Shown here in pieces: positions 62,948 through 64,000 of a stretch of DNA of 64,000 bases (position 1 is its first letter; the number at the start of each line of letters is the position of its first letter). The notes below the pieces were generated by a model, which made no database searches, was not told the DNA's origin, and worked only from the letters and a program-made list of their open reading frames with translations. The stretch comes from Macrostomum lignano. Taxonomy: Eukaryota. The translations under genes and the position numbers were made by a program. Location of the stretch: contig NIVC01002360.1 in the NCBI GenBank assembly GCA_002269645.1, forward strand, positions 1 to 64,000, read 5' to 3'.

Positions 62948-64000
62948 GACCCGATAGCTTCGTCTGTGCACTGCGGTAGACTTGAGCAACTTTTGCAGCG
63001 CAAGCATGCAAATTCTTAATTTTAAATCCGTGCCTATTTCTGATTTGGTGTTTATGACAAATCGATTTTGAATAGTTTTGACAAATATCTAGCATCTAAA
63101 GTAGAGCTGGATATTTTTCCTAGATTGCAAAAGCTAAGCAAAACCAGGATTTTTGACACGAATGAAGCTTTACTAAACTTTGTTAGAATGTTTACGGTCG
63201 TTGTTATTTTGCTGAGTGCAAGAGAAATCAAAACTGTCTTTTTATGTGCCTTTTATTTTTGCTTAACCAAATGCCAAAACGCGATACTTATGCAAATTTA
63301 AACTCAAATTAATTGAAATATTTTGTTTCTGATTTACTCCCCGCGCACAGAATCCCCACTGCCTGCCTGATTGATCTTCCGGCTGAGATGGGCTTGAGAA
63401 AATAAGCAAAGTTTTTTGTGTTTTAATCCGTATTGATTGTTTTTAATAATCGCCTCAGATTTTAATATCTAATTAGCAGATTTTATAGATATTTTTATTC
63501 ATTTATTGATTGATATTTTTCAACAATTTTTCCGTCGATCTATAGCTAAATTGGGTGATTTTTACATATCCGATGGAGCACTTGTACAGCCGATTCAAAG
63601 TGAAATATCATATTAACTCTCTTCCGGCCTGCTATTGTACTACTAGTATGGCAGTAGTAGTATCTCCTGCGCATGGTTTCGCTGTGTGAGCTACTGACTA
63701 CCCTGCTATTTATGATTGCAGTAGGACCCACTGAACCCGTTTGCTGTTTCACCCACCCTGTCTCCCAACTCTGCGCTCTTAGACATTTTGGCCTCTCGCT
63801 TTTCAAATCCGTCTGTCCGTCTCTATCTATCAGTTTATTAAATATACAATATTGAATACTGCTTCGATGTCACAATGACTTTCTTGGTTTTTTTAAGACT
63901 CGAGTCGCATCTTTCAGACAGGCTGCTCAGAACAGTGAAATCAGCCCTGCTCCAATTTAGCTTATGGCTGCGAAAAAAAGCTTGTGTTTGAGTGCGCGTC

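Noticed and set aside
57109-63007. Numerous antisense and alternative-frame ORFs over DCDC1
   Set aside because: Expected shadow ORFs of a long GC-rich coding sequence; no recognisable domains.

Overview
Eukaryotic (metazoan) genomic DNA with GT-AG spliceosomal introns. Nothing supports a prokaryotic origin, and there are no CRISPR arrays. GC-rich exons and minisatellite-filled introns are consistent with the flatworm Macrostomum, but the species is an inference. Seven protein-coding genes were reconstructed by hand with phase-consistent splice sites: a Hillarin/KY-family transglutaminase-like pseudoenzyme (-, 6 exons, four apparent 1-nt deletions), an ETS factor (-), GAK/auxilin (-, 9 exons, intact), SH3BGR-like (+, head-to-head with GAK), a group III secreted PLA2 (+), ARL6IP1 (-), and an intronless 2151-aa DCDC1-like protein (+). 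Mobile DNA comprises a dead piggyBac, a Penelope-like GIY-YIG fragment with a hammerhead-ribozyme motif, a Gypsy integrase fragment inside the ARL6IP1 intron, two foldback MITEs with 8-bp TSDs, and a tRNA-derived relic. More than 25 different tandem arrays are present. Best leads: (1) a CEP120-like C2 domain inserted inside a split doublecortin domain of DCDC1; (2) a foldback MITE whose core appears flipped relative to its asymmetric ends between two copies; (3) a one-intron/one-private-minisatellite architecture; (4) AT-rich, repeat-free islands at divergent promoters, with GC rising 5' to 3' along genes; (5) the PLE hammerhead. All domain calls are from recognised motifs, not database searches.
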